A program made the translations under genes and the position numbers. From Gemmatimonadaceae bacterium (GTDB lineage: Bacteria; Gemmatimonadota; Gemmatimonadetes; Gemmatimonadales; Gemmatimonadaceae): a stretch of DNA of 64,000 nt. The stretch covers positions 56,423 to 120,422 of the forward strand of contig JBBDYC010000005.1 in the NCBI GenBank assembly GCA_040901985.1, given 5' to 3'. Shown piece by piece: positions 40,601 to 50,903 of this stretch (positions are counted from its first letter, which is position 1; each line of letters starts with the position of its first letter). The notes under the pieces are model-generated. The model was given only the letters and a program-made list of their open reading frames with translations, did not search any database and was not told where the DNA came from.

Positions 40601-41940
40601 GTCCTGAGATCGTCCAGTACGGCGGCGTCGCCCGACAGCGCCCCCGCGGCATCCACCGCGTGCGTCGCGGCCCCCGTTGCCTTGCCGAGCAGGCTCATCG
40701 CCTCGACGGCGCCATCCTCGCGGAAGTAGATCACTGCGCGGGCGCCCGCCTTCCGCGCCCCGTCCACCTGGTTCCGCGTCGCCTGCGAGAGATAGCGCTC
40801 GGCGTTCAGTCCGTGATGCACGCTGAAGCCGGCGCCGCGAAGCGCGCTCGCCAGCCGCAGCACGTCGGCGTAGGGCCGCCCGAGCGCGCCGTTCCCCGCC
40901 ACCAGATGAAAATCCGCCGCCGCCACCACCGCCTCGGGCCAGAGGCCGCGGTCGGTCAGCAGCTCGCCGAGCACCACATCCCCCATCCCGAATCCGAGCG
41001 CGGGCAGGTCGGCACCGCCGAGCGACTTCAAGAGGTCGTCGTAGCGCCCGCCGCCGCAGATGGCCCGCAACTCGCCCTTGGCGTCGAACAGCTCGAAGAC
41101 AATCCCCGTGTAGTACGCCAGGCCGCGGACGATCGAGAGGTCGAGCGTGATCCACTCGGCCACGCCGAGTCCATCGAGATGCTCGAGATAGCGGCCAAAG
41201 CGCTCGATGGCCTCGCGCGCGGCCGGAGTGCCGCCCTTGGCACCGAACTCCTTGCGCAGCGCGTCGAAGGTGACGCCGGCGGAGAGCGTGAGCACGCGTT
41301 CAATGGCCGACGCCGACAGCCCGACGGCCGACAGCCGCTCGACCGAGGCCTCGCGCGGCTGCCGTCCCACCTTGTCCACCACCGCGTACACCTCCGGCCG
41401 CTGGGCGTCGGTGACCCCGAGCGCCGTGAGGATCGCATTGAGCAGGCGCCGATCGCTGACCCGCGCGCGCACGTCGGCGCTGGTGAGCCCGAGCGCCTTG
41501 AGGATGTCAATGGCCACGCAGAGGAGTTCGGCGTCCGCAACCTCGCTCGCCTCTCCGACGATGTCCACGTTGAGCTGGAAGTGTTCGCGCAACCGCCCGC
41601 GCTGGGCCCGCTCGTAGCGAAAGAGCTGCGGAATGGAGAACCACTTCACCGGCTTGCGGAGGGCGCGCGCGCGCGCGCCGACCATCCGCGCCAGCGTCGG
41701 CGTCATCTCCGGCCGCAGCGACACCTCGCGACCGCCCTTGTCGGTGAACGCATAGAGCTGGGCGACGATCTCCGCCCCGCTCTTCTTCGCGTAGAGATCC
41801 AGGGGCTCCAGCGGCGGCCCGTCGTACTCGACGAACGCGTACCTCTGCGCGACGGCCCGCCACGCACGAAAGATGTGCGTCCGGCGGGCCAGCTCTTCAG
41901 GGTAGAAATCACGGAAACCGGGGAGGGCGCCACTACTCAT
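40570..41940 (-). CDS. hisS: Histidine--tRNA ligase
   Basis: LRPEMT, FRYER.QRGRLREHFQ, VRGLAYYTG and GGGRYD. Confidence 0.96.
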   Translation of the reverse strand: MSSGALPGFRDFYPEELARRTHIFRAWRAVAQRYAFVEYDGPPLEPLDLYAKKSGAEIVAQLYAFTDKGGREVSLRPEMTPTLARMVGARARALRKPVKWFSIPQLFRYERAQRGRLREHFQLNVDIVGEASEVADAELLCVAIDILKALGLTSADVRARVSDRRLLNAILTALGVTDAQRPEVYAVVDKVGRQPREASVERLSAVGLSASAIERVLTLSAGVTFDALRKEFGAKGGTPAAREAIERFGRYLEHLDGLGVAEWITLDLSIVRGLAYYTGIVFELFDAKGELRAICGGGRYDDLLKSLGGADLPALGFGMGDVVLGELLTDRGLWPEAVVAAADFHLVAGNGALGRPYADVLRLASALRGAGFSVHHGLNAERYLSQATRNQVDGARKAGARAVIYFREDGAVEAMSLLGKATGAATHAVDAAGALSGDAAVLDDLRTWLRKETTSS

Positions 41941-41949
41941 CCGCGAAAG

Positions 41950-43254
41950 TTACCCGGTGGTCGGAGACACCTGCAACCGCGACATCGCGTCGCCCACCGT
42001 GTGGAACGACCCCGTCACGAGCACAGTGGCCCCGCGCGCCGGCGCCAAAGCGAGGGCAGCGTCGAAATCCGCCAGCAGTTCGGCGCTCCACCCCGCGCCG
42101 AGGGCGAACGCCAGCGCCTCGGCCGGATTCCACGCCCGGCTCGCCGGCGCGGTCGGCGCGTTGGTCAACACGAAGTGGCCGACCACGGGCGCGAGCGCGC
42201 GAAGTATCCCCCGCCAATCCTTGTCCCCGAGCACGCTCACGAGCGCACAGACCGGCCCCGTTGGCTCGGTGGCCCGGAGCGTCTCGGCCGTCGTCGCCGC
42301 CCCATCGGGGTTGTGCGCGACGTCGAAGATCCAGGCCCCGTGCTGCGAGAATCGCCCGGGCAACCGCACCCCGCGCAACGCCGGCAGGTTATCGGCCACC
42401 GGCCGCCAGAGGTCGGCGGGCAGGGCGTCGAGCATCGTCAGGGCCACCATCGCGTTGTTGGCCTGGTGGCGGCCGGCGAGGCCAGACGCCACGTCGAACC
42501 GGTCGTCCCCGCGCACCCAGGTGAAGCGCGTTCCCGCCCCGGTGACGCGGATGCCGTCGGCGTGCCCCTCCTCCGAGACGATGCGAATCGGTGAGCTCCC
42601 GAGCCGCCGCGCCTCCGAGACGAGGATTGCGGCGATTGCGGCGTCCGGCTCGCCGACGACGGCCGCGCGACCCGGCTTGAAAATCCCCGCTTTCTCCGGG
42701 GCAATCTCCTCGCGCGTCGTGCCGAGCCACTCGGTATGGTCAATCCCGATTCCCGAGACGCCCGCGACGAGCGGCAACACGGTGTTGGTGGCGTCGAGTC
42801 GCCCGCCAAGGCCCGTCTCCACCACCGCCACGTCCACGCCGGCGTCCGCGAAGAGTTGGAAGCCCATCGCGGTGGTGGCCTCGAAGAAGGTGGCCCCCAG
42901 CCGATCCACCGCCGGGGTCCACCGCTCGAGGAAGCCGGCGATCGCTGCGTCGTCCACCGGGCGCCCATCCACGAGGAACCGCTCGCGAAAATCCACGAGG
43001 TGCGGCGACGTGTACTTGCCGACCAGGAGCCCGCGGGCGCGGAGCACGGCCTCCAGCATCGCGCAGACGCTCCCCTTCCCGTTCGTACCCGAGACGTGGA
43101 GCACCCGCAGTCGGCGGTGCGGGTCGCCCAGCTCGGCGAGGAAGGCTTCCACGCGTTCGAGACCGAGCTTCCACTGTCCTGTCGTGCGGGCAAAGAGCGC
43201 GTCGAGCGCGGCCCGGTACGCGCCACTGCGGTCGTCGCTCAGCTGGACGCCCAC
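41950..43254 (-). CDS. folC: Folylpolyglutamate synthase/dihydrofolate synthase
   Basis: HVSGTNGKGS, TSPHL, ETGLGGRLDATN, DVAHNPDG and TGSF. Start is approximate. Confidence 0.94.
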   Translation of the reverse strand: MGVQLSDDRSGAYRAALDALFARTTGQWKLGLERVEAFLAELGDPHRRLRVLHVSGTNGKGSVCAMLEAVLRARGLLVGKYTSPHLVDFRERFLVDGRPVDDAAIAGFLERWTPAVDRLGATFFEATTAMGFQLFADAGVDVAVVETGLGGRLDATNTVLPLVAGVSGIGIDHTEWLGTTREEIAPEKAGIFKPGRAAVVGEPDAAIAAILVSEARRLGSSPIRIVSEEGHADGIRVTGAGTRFTWVRGDDRFDVASGLAGRHQANNAMVALTMLDALPADLWRPVADNLPALRGVRLPGRFSQHGAWIFDVAHNPDGAATTAETLRATEPTGPVCALVSVLGDKDWRGILRALAPVVGHFVLTNAPTAPASRAWNPAEALAFALGAGWSAELLADFDAALALAPARGATVLVTGSFHTVGDAMSRLQVSPTTG

Positions 43255-44102
43255 CCCATCGCGGCGGGTTTGCCGCTCATATGCCGCAGGAGTTGACCCA
43301 CCGTGCGCTTGAGCTGCTGCCGATGCACGACGCGGTCCACCATCCCGTGGGTGAGCAGGAACTCGGCGGTCTGGAATCCCTCCGGGAGGTCCTGGCCCAG
43401 CGTCTGCTTGATCACCCGCGGACCGGCGAACCCGATGACCGCGCCGGGCTCGGCGAGGATGGCGTCGCCGAGCATCGCGTAGCTCGCGCTCACGCCCCCG
43501 GTGGTCGGGTTGGTCAGGATGGACACATACGGGATGCGCCGTTCGGCCAGCTGGGCGAGCATCGCCGAGCTCTTGGCCATCTGCATCAGCGAGAGCACGC
43601 CTTCCTGCATCCGCGCGCCGCCGGACGCCGACACGATGATCAGCGGCCACTTCTTCTCGAGCGACCGCTGGCCGAGGCGGGCAATCTTCTCGCCGACCAC
43701 CGAGCCCATTGACCCGCCCATGAAGGCGAAGTCCATCACGCCGACGTTCACCGGGACCTGGTCCATCAGCCCGGAGACGGTGAGGATCGCATCGTGCTCG
43801 CCGGCGTTGGTCAACGCCTTCTTGAGCCGCGCCGGATATTCGGGAAACCCGAGCGGGTCCACCGAGGTGAGTTCGACGTCCTTTTCGTCCACCGACCCGT
43901 CGTCGAGCAGGATCGCGACGTACTCGTGCGCCCGGATCCGGCGGTGGTAGTCGCAGCTCGGGCACACGTTGAGGTTCCGGACGAACTTCTCGCGGATATC
44001 CGTGTGCCCGCACGCCTCGCACTTCTCCCAGACGTCGGGTGGGATCTCGAGGCGCTTCGTCCGCGGCTGGCGCGGCTTCTTGTCCTTCCGGAACCAAGCC
44101 AT
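43239..44102 (-). CDS. accD: Acetyl-CoA carboxylase carboxyltransferase beta subunit
   Basis: Zinc finger CEAC..CPSC, FMGGSMG, SGGARMQEG and GFAGPRVI. Confidence 0.97.
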   Translation of the reverse strand: MAWFRKDKKPRQPRTKRLEIPPDVWEKCEACGHTDIREKFVRNLNVCPSCDYHRRIRAHEYVAILLDDGSVDEKDVELTSVDPLGFPEYPARLKKALTNAGEHDAILTVSGLMDQVPVNVGVMDFAFMGGSMGSVVGEKIARLGQRSLEKKWPLIIVSASGGARMQEGVLSLMQMAKSSAMLAQLAERRIPYVSILTNPTTGGVSASYAMLGDAILAEPGAVIGFAGPRVIKQTLGQDLPEGFQTAEFLLTHGMVDRVVHRQQLKRTVGQLLRHMSGKPAAMGWASS

Positions 44103-44127
44103 AGGGGGAAAAGTGGCCCGGAGCGCC

Positions 44128-45378
44128 TTATATCACCAGCCCGTCGGCCCGGCCGCGCCCCTCGGCCGAGACGAGGACCAGGATTCCCACCGCCATCCAG
44201 CAGGAGAGCATGAACGACCCGCCGTACGAGAAGAACGGGAGCGGGATGCCGGTGATCGGCATCAACCCGATCGTCATCCCGATGTTGATCACGATGTGGG
44301 TCAGCCACGCCGCGGTGAGCCCGAAGGCGACCAGCGACGCAAAGGGGCTCGACGCGCGGCCGGCGATCCGGACGGTCCGCAGGAGCAGGACACAGAAGAG
44401 CGCGAGGACGACCGAAACGCCGAGGAAGCCAAACTCCTCGCCGACGACCGGGAAGATGAAGTCGGTGTGCTGCTCGGGGAGGAAGGCGAGGCGCTTCTGC
44501 GTGCCCTGCGTGAACCCCTTGCCGATGATGCCGCCGGAGCCGATGGCGACCTGGGACTGGATGAGGTGATAGCCGGAGGCGCGCGGATCGCTCGAGGGGT
44601 CGAGGAAGACGAGCAGGCGGCGCTGCTGGAACGGGCTCAGCCGTTCCCAGAGCACGGGCGCGACGACCCCCATCGCGACGTTCGCCCCGATGAGTGCGGC
44701 GCCCTCGATCCACGTGGGGCGCTTCCAGGCGACAAGGGCGAGGAGGAGGAGGAACCAGGCGCCCCAGAGACCGGTGCTGAAAGCGAGGATGAGGCTCACC
44801 GCCGGACTCGCCGCCATCACGAGGAGCGGCCAGGAGACGCCGCTCCAGAAGAGCATGGCGAAGAAGATGCCGACGAAGACCATCCCGGTGCCGAGGTCCG
44901 GCTGGGCCATGATGAAGAGCCAGGGGACGAAGACGATCAGCGCCGGCCGAACGAGCCCGAACAGCGACGTCGGTGCGGCGCGCTGCCCGGAGAGGACGCG
45001 GGCGAGCATCAGCACCACCGCGATCTTTGCCAACTCCGATGGTTGGCCGAGCCGGATACCGCCGATCGCGAGCCAACTCTTGGTGCCGGCGGCGGTCCCC
45101 GCGCCGACGCCGATGAAGAGCAGGAGGAAGAGCAACAGGGTCGCGCCGAGGAAGGCGGGGAGCGCTGCCCACTCGACGAACCGCACCGACGCGCGGCTGA
45201 TCACCCCGGCCGCCGTGACGCCGAGCACGAACCAGACGACCTGGGTGCGCCAGAGCCCCTCGACGAAGGTCGGCACGTCCGTCTGCCCCGTGGAGTAGAT
45301 CATCGCGATGCCGAACGCGGTGAGGAGCGCGGCGAGGGCGACGAGCGGCCAGTCGGCGGGGATGGCGCGGCGGCTCAA
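44128..45378 (-). CDS. rodA: Rod shape-determining protein RodA (SEDS)
   Basis: QPSELAK, QPDLGT, PEQHTDFIF and GIPLPFFSYGGS. TTG start overlaps the mrdA stop. Confidence 0.95.
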   Translation of the reverse strand: MSRRAIPADWPLVALAALLTAFGIAMIYSTGQTDVPTFVEGLWRTQVVWFVLGVTAAGVISRASVRFVEWAALPAFLGATLLLFLLLFIGVGAGTAAGTKSWLAIGGIRLGQPSELAKIAVVLMLARVLSGQRAAPTSLFGLVRPALIVFVPWLFIMAQPDLGTGMVFVGIFFAMLFWSGVSWPLLVMAASPAVSLILAFSTGLWGAWFLLLLALVAWKRPTWIEGAALIGANVAMGVVAPVLWERLSPFQQRRLLVFLDPSSDPRASGYHLIQSQVAIGSGGIIGKGFTQGTQKRLAFLPEQHTDFIFPVVGEEFGFLGVSVVLALFCVLLLRTVRIAGRASSPFASLVAFGLTAAWLTHIVINIGMTIGLMPITGIPLPFFSYGGSFMLSCWMAVGILVLVSAEGRGRADGLVI

Positions 45379-47150
45379 TCGCCCTCCGTCGCCGGCATGG
45401 CGACGACCCGCGCCTTGAGGTAGCGCTCGATGATGCGCGTCGCGAAACGCGCCGCGCGCCCGCCGGACCCGCCGAACTCGAGCATCACCGCGACGACAAT
45501 CTGCGGATCCTCGGCGGGCGCGTAGCCGACGAACCAGGCGTGATCGTTCACGGCGTCCTGCGCGTTCTGCGCGGTCCCCGTCTTTCCGGCGACGACAATC
45601 CCCTCGAGGCGCGACCTTACGGCCGTCCCCCGCCCGACGACATCGGTCAGCGCCAGCTGGAGGTCGCGCAGTTGCGCCGGCGTCACCGCAAAGAGCTTCA
45701 CGCGCTCGGCCTGGCCGCGGACGACCTCCGGTCGGGCGGCGTAGCCGTCCGTCGCCAGCGCGGTATAGAAGCGGGCCATGCTGACGACCGTCTGCGAGTT
45801 CTCTCCCTGCCCGATCGCCAGGTTGAGGCTCACAGCGGCGGTCCATCCCTGCGGCCCGAACAACCGGTCGTAGTACGCCCGCGCCGGGTCGGTCGGGAAG
45901 AGCGGCCGTGACTCGGCCGGCAGGTCAATCCCCGAGCGTTCCCGCGTCCCGAGGCGGATTCCCCCCGCTACCAGCCTCTGCACGCCCAGTTTCAGCGCGA
46001 GCTGGTAGAAATAGACGTCGCACGAGACTTCGATCGCCTGGGCAAGCGTCGTCCGTCCGTGTCCCTCCGGCTTCCAGCAGCGGAACGGCCGGTTCCCGAA
46101 CTGATAGCTGCCGAGGCACGGCGTCGTCATCTCGTCGTCGATCGCCACGAGCCCCTCCTCCATCGCGATGATCGCCGTGGCGAGCTTCCAGACGGAGCCG
46201 GGAGGATAGGTGCCCTTGATCGCCTTGTTGTAGAGCGGACGTCGTGGATCGTCCTGCAGCTGTTGCCAATACGAGCGCGGGATCCCGCCGATGAAGCGGT
46301 TCGGGTCGAAGGTCGGCGCCGAGTGGAGCGCGAGCACCTCGCCCGACCGCGGCTCCATCGCCACCACGCCCCCGATCAGCGTGTCGCCGAACAGCTCGTG
46401 CACGAAACGCTGCAGGTCGAGGTCAATGTTCGTGTAGAGCGGCGGCGGCCCCTCGGGCGCAAGGTCCTCCCGCGCCTGCTCCCGAACCACACGCCCGCGC
46501 GCGTCCACTTCGACGAACCGGACACCCTCCCGCCCACGCAACCGCGTCTCGTACTGACGCTCGATCCCGTCCTTGCCGATCTGCTGGCCGGCCTTGTAGT
46601 GCTGGTACGGCGCGAGCGCCAACTCGGCCTCGCTGATCTCCCCGGTGTAGCCGACGAGCGCCGAGACCGCCGGCCCGTCGGGATAGAATCGCTTCGGCGC
46701 CGACTGGATGATCAGCCCCGGGTACTCGGTGCGCCGCTCCTCCAGCACCGAGACCAGCTCGAACGGCGCATCGCCGAACAACACCGTTGGACGCATCGGT
46801 TCGCGGCGGAAGCGCCGCACCGCCGCGCCGACCTGCTCGGGCGTGACCGTCACCACCGCACCGATCCGCCGCATCATCACGCGCAGCGAGTCCTCGTTCC
46901 GGGCCAGCAGCGAGATCGCATAGCCCGGCAGGTTCTCGGCGATCACCTGGCCGTTGCGGTCATAGATCACGCCGCGCGGCGCCGGCAGCGGGACCTCGCG
47001 GAGGCGGTTCTCCTCCGACTTGAGCGCGTACTGCGTGCGCCGGAGCACCTGCGTCTGGAAGAACGACCCGGCGAGAAAGAGGAAGCTCAGGAAGACGAGG
47101 GCCGACGCCACCCGCGCGCGCCGCTGGACCTCGTTGGGCTGGAAGCTCAT
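45375..47150 (-). CDS. mrdA: Penicillin-binding protein 2
   Basis: APRGVIYDRNG, PGSVWK (SxxK), SCD and KTGTAQ. Confidence 0.95.
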   Translation of the reverse strand: MSFQPNEVQRRARVASALVFLSFLFLAGSFFQTQVLRRTQYALKSEENRLREVPLPAPRGVIYDRNGQVIAENLPGYAISLLARNEDSLRVMMRRIGAVVTVTPEQVGAAVRRFRREPMRPTVLFGDAPFELVSVLEERRTEYPGLIIQSAPKRFYPDGPAVSALVGYTGEISEAELALAPYQHYKAGQQIGKDGIERQYETRLRGREGVRFVEVDARGRVVREQAREDLAPEGPPPLYTNIDLDLQRFVHELFGDTLIGGVVAMEPRSGEVLALHSAPTFDPNRFIGGIPRSYWQQLQDDPRRPLYNKAIKGTYPPGSVWKLATAIIAMEEGLVAIDDEMTTPCLGSYQFGNRPFRCWKPEGHGRTTLAQAIEVSCDVYFYQLALKLGVQRLVAGGIRLGTRERSGIDLPAESRPLFPTDPARAYYDRLFGPQGWTAAVSLNLAIGQGENSQTVVSMARFYTALATDGYAARPEVVRGQAERVKLFAVTPAQLRDLQLALTDVVGRGTAVRSRLEGIVVAGKTGTAQNAQDAVNDHAWFVGYAPAEDPQIVVAVMLEFGGSGGRAARFATRIIERYLKARVVAMPATEGD

Positions 47151-47638
47151 CGCGGCCGCCGCTGTTCGAGCGCCGGCCGCACCACGGCCATCACCGCGAG
47201 GCCGACAATCGCCGTCACCAGCGCAGCCAGTGGCGTCCAGAGGAAGAGCTGCGCCACCAACCCCAGCCCCCCGAGCCGTCCCTCGGCGAGGAGGTAGATC
47301 AAGTCGAAGACGGCCTTCCCGACGAAGATGAAGATGGCGTTCAGCAGGAGGTCGTCGGCGAAGAACGCCGCCTTGAGTCGCGAGGCACCGAAGCCGACCA
47401 GCGTCATCGCCAGCGCCGCCGCGCCGAACGCGTCGGGGGACATCGCGTCGGTGAGGAGCCCGAGGGCGAAGCCGACCAAGGCGGCGGCACCCGGCCGGAC
47501 CCGGACGGCGATGATGAGCATCCCAATCACCAGGAAGTCCACCCCGGCGCGCCAGTCGAGCAGCGGCCGCAACGTGAAGTGCAGGGCGACGAGGGTAGTA
47601 AGGATTGCCGTGGCCATCAGCGTACGGGAGAGTCTCAT
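47147..47638 (-). CDS. mreD: Rod shape-determining protein MreD
   Basis: Hydrophobic protein with GF..GLLTD, located between mreC and mrdA. Confidence 0.88.
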   Translation of the reverse strand: MRLSRTLMATAILTTLVALHFTLRPLLDWRAGVDFLVIGMLIIAVRVRPGAAALVGFALGLLTDAMSPDAFGAAALAMTLVGFGASRLKAAFFADDLLLNAIFIFVGKAVFDLIYLLAEGRLGGLGLVAQLFLWTPLAALVTAIVGLAVMAVVRPALEQRRPR

Positions 47639-48582
47639 CGCGGCTCCGTCCCGGCGCTGTCCGGGGGCGCGCTGTCACTCCGCGCGCGATCCGCAGCCGC
47701 AGCCACGCTGTCGGCAGCCGCCCGCACGCGCCGCAGCATCTCCTGCGCCGCCGGCTCCCAGACGCTCTCGACCCCCTCGGCGCTCCGCTCCGGCGAGAGA
47801 ATCATCACCGCCGTGACGTCGGCCGGGCGCACCGTCGGCCGCACCAGGTACGAGCGCGCCCAACTGGTGCCCCGGCGCAATTCGCGGACCACCGTTCCGA
47901 TCAGCAGCCCCCGCGGATAGACGCCACCGAGCCCGGAACTCACGATTGGCGATCCCGCCCGCAGCGGCGCCCGATACGGCACGCCGTGGAGCTCGAGCAG
48001 GTAGCGATCGGCGCCCACCCCTCCGTGCGCGCTGACGATCCCGAAGGAACTCCCGTCGAGACTCACCGCGCTGACGCGGAAATCGGGATGCGGCCAGGTA
48101 ATCGCGACGCTCGTGGTCGGGTCCACCTGCTGGACCATCCCGACGAGCCCCTCGGCGGTCACGACGGCGCTGAGCGGCGAGACCCCCTGCACCGCGCCGG
48201 CGGAGAGCAGCAGGGTGTGCTCCTCGCCGAGCCGCCGGCCGACGAGCGCCTCGGCCGGCACGTACCCCCAGCGCAAGGCCCGCCCGAGTCCGAGCAGCTC
48301 GCGCAGGCGGTCGTTCTCCGCCGTGACCGCCTCGAGGCGTTGCGAGCGGGCGACGACACTGTCGGCGACGACTCGCAGGCTGTCATTGAGGACGAGGGTG
48401 GAGCGGGCGCGGGCCGCGCGCTCCTGCATCGCCGCCAGCGGTCCCAGCAAATTCCCCCGGATCGCCCCCGCGACGGCGTCGCGCGGGCCGTCGGGGAGGA
48501 TCAACAGGGTCAGCGCGAGGAGGACACACCCGATGGCGACGACCGTATCGGCCCGCGAATCGCCGCGACTTCCGCGAGGCAC
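47635..48582 (-). CDS. mreC: Rod shape-determining protein MreC
   Basis: TM plus coiled coil ENDRLRELL, GLVG and SSGLGGVYPRGL.IG. Confidence 0.92.
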   Translation of the reverse strand: MPRGSRGDSRADTVVAIGCVLLALTLLILPDGPRDAVAGAIRGNLLGPLAAMQERAARARSTLVLNDSLRVVADSVVARSQRLEAVTAENDRLRELLGLGRALRWGYVPAEALVGRRLGEEHTLLLSAGAVQGVSPLSAVVTAEGLVGMVQQVDPTTSVAITWPHPDFRVSAVSLDGSSFGIVSAHGGVGADRYLLELHGVPYRAPLRAGSPIVSSGLGGVYPRGLLIGTVVRELRRGTSWARSYLVRPTVRPADVTAVMILSPERSAEGVESVWEPAAQEMLRRVRAAADSVAAAADRARSDSAPPDSAGTEPR

Positions 48583-48595
48583 GAGTCGCCGTCCG

Positions 48596-49633
48596 TCAGG
48601 TGCTCAACACCGACCAGTACTTCGCCTCGTCATCGAGGATCCGCCCGGTCCCCCGTACGACACAGGTCAGCGGATCCTCGTCCACGTGGATCGGCAACCC
48701 GGTCTCCTGCGTCAGCAGCACGTCGAGCCCGCGAATCAGCGCGCCGCCACCGGTCATCACGATCCCGCGGTCCACGATGTCCGACGCCAGTTCCGGCGGC
48801 GTGATCTCGAGCGCGCGGCGCACCGCATTGACGATTTGCTGGATCGGCTCCTGGATCGCCTCGCGGATCTCCGCCGAGTGCACGCGCACGGTCTTCGGGA
48901 TCCCCGAGACAAGGTCGCGGCCCTTCACCTCCATCTCCCGCTCCTCACCGAGCGGCGCCGCGCTGCCGATCTGGATCTTGATCTGCTCGGCGGTGGGTTC
49001 GCCGATCAGCAGGTTGTAGCTCTTCCGCATGAACTGGACGATGCTCGCGTCGAGCTCGTCGCCACCGGTGCGGATGGAGGTGTCGGAGACGATACCCGAG
49101 AGCGCGATGACGGCGATCTCGGTGGTCCCGCCGCCGATGTCAATCACCATATTCCCGGTCGGCGTCTCCACCGGCAGGCCGACGCCGATCGCCGCCGCCA
49201 TCGGCTCGGCGACCATGAACACCTCCTTCGCGCCGGCGCCGAGCGCCGAGTCGCGCACTGCGCGCCGCTCCACCTCGGTGATCCCCGACGGCACGCAGAC
49301 GATCACGCGCGGCTTCACCTTGAACACGTGGTTCTTGATGATCAGCTCGAGGAAGAAGCGCAGCATCTTCTCGGTGACGTCGAAGTCGGCGATCACGCCG
49401 TCCTTCATCGGCCGCACCGCGATCACGCCATCGGGCGTGCGGCCGAGCATCCGCTTGGCCTCGAGGCCGACGCCCAGGATCCGCTTCGTGTCGCGATCAA
49501 TCGCGACGACCGACGGCTCGTTGAGGACGATGCCCTGCCCCTTCACGTAGATGAGGGTGTTGGCCGTCCCGAGATCCACAGCGATCGCATTCGCCGGAAG
49601 GAATCCACCAGAGGGAAAGAACGGCCACTTCAT
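48596..49633 (-). CDS. mreB: Actin-like MreB
   Basis: [23 protein letters not shown] and TGGGAL. Confidence 0.98.
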   Translation of the reverse strand: MKWPFFPSGGFLPANAIAVDLGTANTLIYVKGQGIVLNEPSVVAIDRDTKRILGVGLEAKRMLGRTPDGVIAVRPMKDGVIADFDVTEKMLRFFLELIIKNHVFKVKPRVIVCVPSGITEVERRAVRDSALGAGAKEVFMVAEPMAAAIGVGLPVETPTGNMVIDIGGGTTEIAVIALSGIVSDTSIRTGGDELDASIVQFMRKSYNLLIGEPTAEQIKIQIGSAAPLGEEREMEVKGRDLVSGIPKTVRVHSAEIREAIQEPIQQIVNAVRRALEITPPELASDIVDRGIVMTGGGALIRGLDVLLTQETGLPIHVDEDPLTCVVRGTGRILDDEAKYWSVLST

Positions 49634-49742
49634 CGTAAACGGATGCTCGCGGGTGGGGACTCGAAGGACGGCTCAGGGCGGGCCCGAGCGACTCACGCGC
49701 TAAAGTTAGCACGGGGACGGCGCCCCAGCAGTAACGCACCTC

Positions 49743-50858
49743 TCATTTCACGAACTGCCCCGGCTCGTGAAAGTCCATTCCGAACGCCTCGGCCACGCCC
49801 TGATAGGTCACCTTCCCCTCGACCACGTTCAGCCCCTTGAGGAGGGCCGGGTCCTCGCGGAGCGCCTGCTTCCAGCCCTTGTTGGCCAGCCGGAGGGCGT
49901 ACGGGAACGTCGCATTGGTCAGCGCGAGGGTCGAGGTGCGCGGCACCCCGCCCGGCATATTGGCCACGCCGTAGTGGATGATCCCGTCCACGGTGTAGAC
50001 CGGGTTCTCGTGCGTCGTCGCCTTGATCGTCTCGACGCACCCACCCTGGTCAATCGCCACGTCCACGATGACCGCACCGGGGGGCATCAACTTGAGGTCC
50101 TCCCGACGGATCAGCTTCGGCGCCTTGGCCCCGGTCAGCAACACGCCCCCGACCACCAGGTCGGCCGTGGAAATCGCCTCGAGGATGTTCTGCCGGTTGG
50201 AGAAGATCAGCTGGACGTTGGCCGGCATCACGTCGCTCAGGTAGCGGAGGCGCGGGAGCGACGTGTCGAGGATCATCACCTTGGCGCCCATCCCGGCGGC
50301 CATCTTCGCCGCGTTCACGCCGACGACGCCGCCGCCGAGGATCACGACCTTGGCCGGGGGCACGCCGGGGACGCCGCCGAGCAGCACGCCGCGGCCGCCG
50401 TAGAGCTTCTCGAGGTACTTCGCGCCCTCCTGCACCGCCATCCGGCCGGCCACTTCCGACATCGGCGTCAGCAGGGGCAGCTCGCGTGAGGGCAGTTCCA
50501 CCGTCTCATAAGCAATGCAAGTCGCGCCCGACTCGAGGTGCGCCTTGGTCAGCGCCTCGTCCGCCGCGAAGTGGAAGTACGTGAAGATGGTCTGGCCCTT
50601 CTTCATCCGGGGCCACTCGACGGCAATTGGCTCCTTGACCTTGATGATCATCTCGGCCGCCTTCCAGACCTCGTCGGCGGTCGGAAGGATCTTCGCGCCG
50701 ACCGCCTGGTACTGGGTGTCGCTGAAGCCGCTGCCGTCGCCGGCGCCCTGCTCGACGAACACCGTGTGGCCGGCGGCCACCAGGGCTTCGGCGCCGGCCG
50801 GAACGAGGGCCACGCGATTCTCGTTCGTCTTGATCTCCTTCGGGATACCGAGCTTCAT
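49743..50858 (-). CDS. ald: Alanine dehydrogenase
   Basis: PKEIKTNENRV, PMSEVAGR, DVAIDQGG and VANMPG. Confidence 0.96.
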   Translation of the reverse strand: MKLGIPKEIKTNENRVALVPAGAEALVAAGHTVFVEQGAGDGSGFSDTQYQAVGAKILPTADEVWKAAEMIIKVKEPIAVEWPRMKKGQTIFTYFHFAADEALTKAHLESGATCIAYETVELPSRELPLLTPMSEVAGRMAVQEGAKYLEKLYGGRGVLLGGVPGVPPAKVVILGGGVVGVNAAKMAAGMGAKVMILDTSLPRLRYLSDVMPANVQLIFSNRQNILEAISTADLVVGGVLLTGAKAPKLIRREDLKLMPPGAVIVDVAIDQGGCVETIKATTHENPVYTVDGIIHYGVANMPGGVPRTSTLALTNATFPYALRLANKGWKQALREDPALLKGLNVVEGKVTYQGVAEAFGMDFHEPGQFVK

Positions 50859-50865
50859 AAACGGC

Positions 50866-50900
50866 AGATGGGAGGTGTGAGGTGGGAGGTGTGACGTGGA
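50866..50900 (-). repeat. Heptamer tandem repeat (C[AC]CACCT-like) x5
   Basis: Plus strand AGATGGG AGGTGTG AGGTGGG AGGTGTG ACGTGGA, between the M16 peptidase gene and ald. Confidence 0.75.
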
Positions 50901-50903
50901 CGG

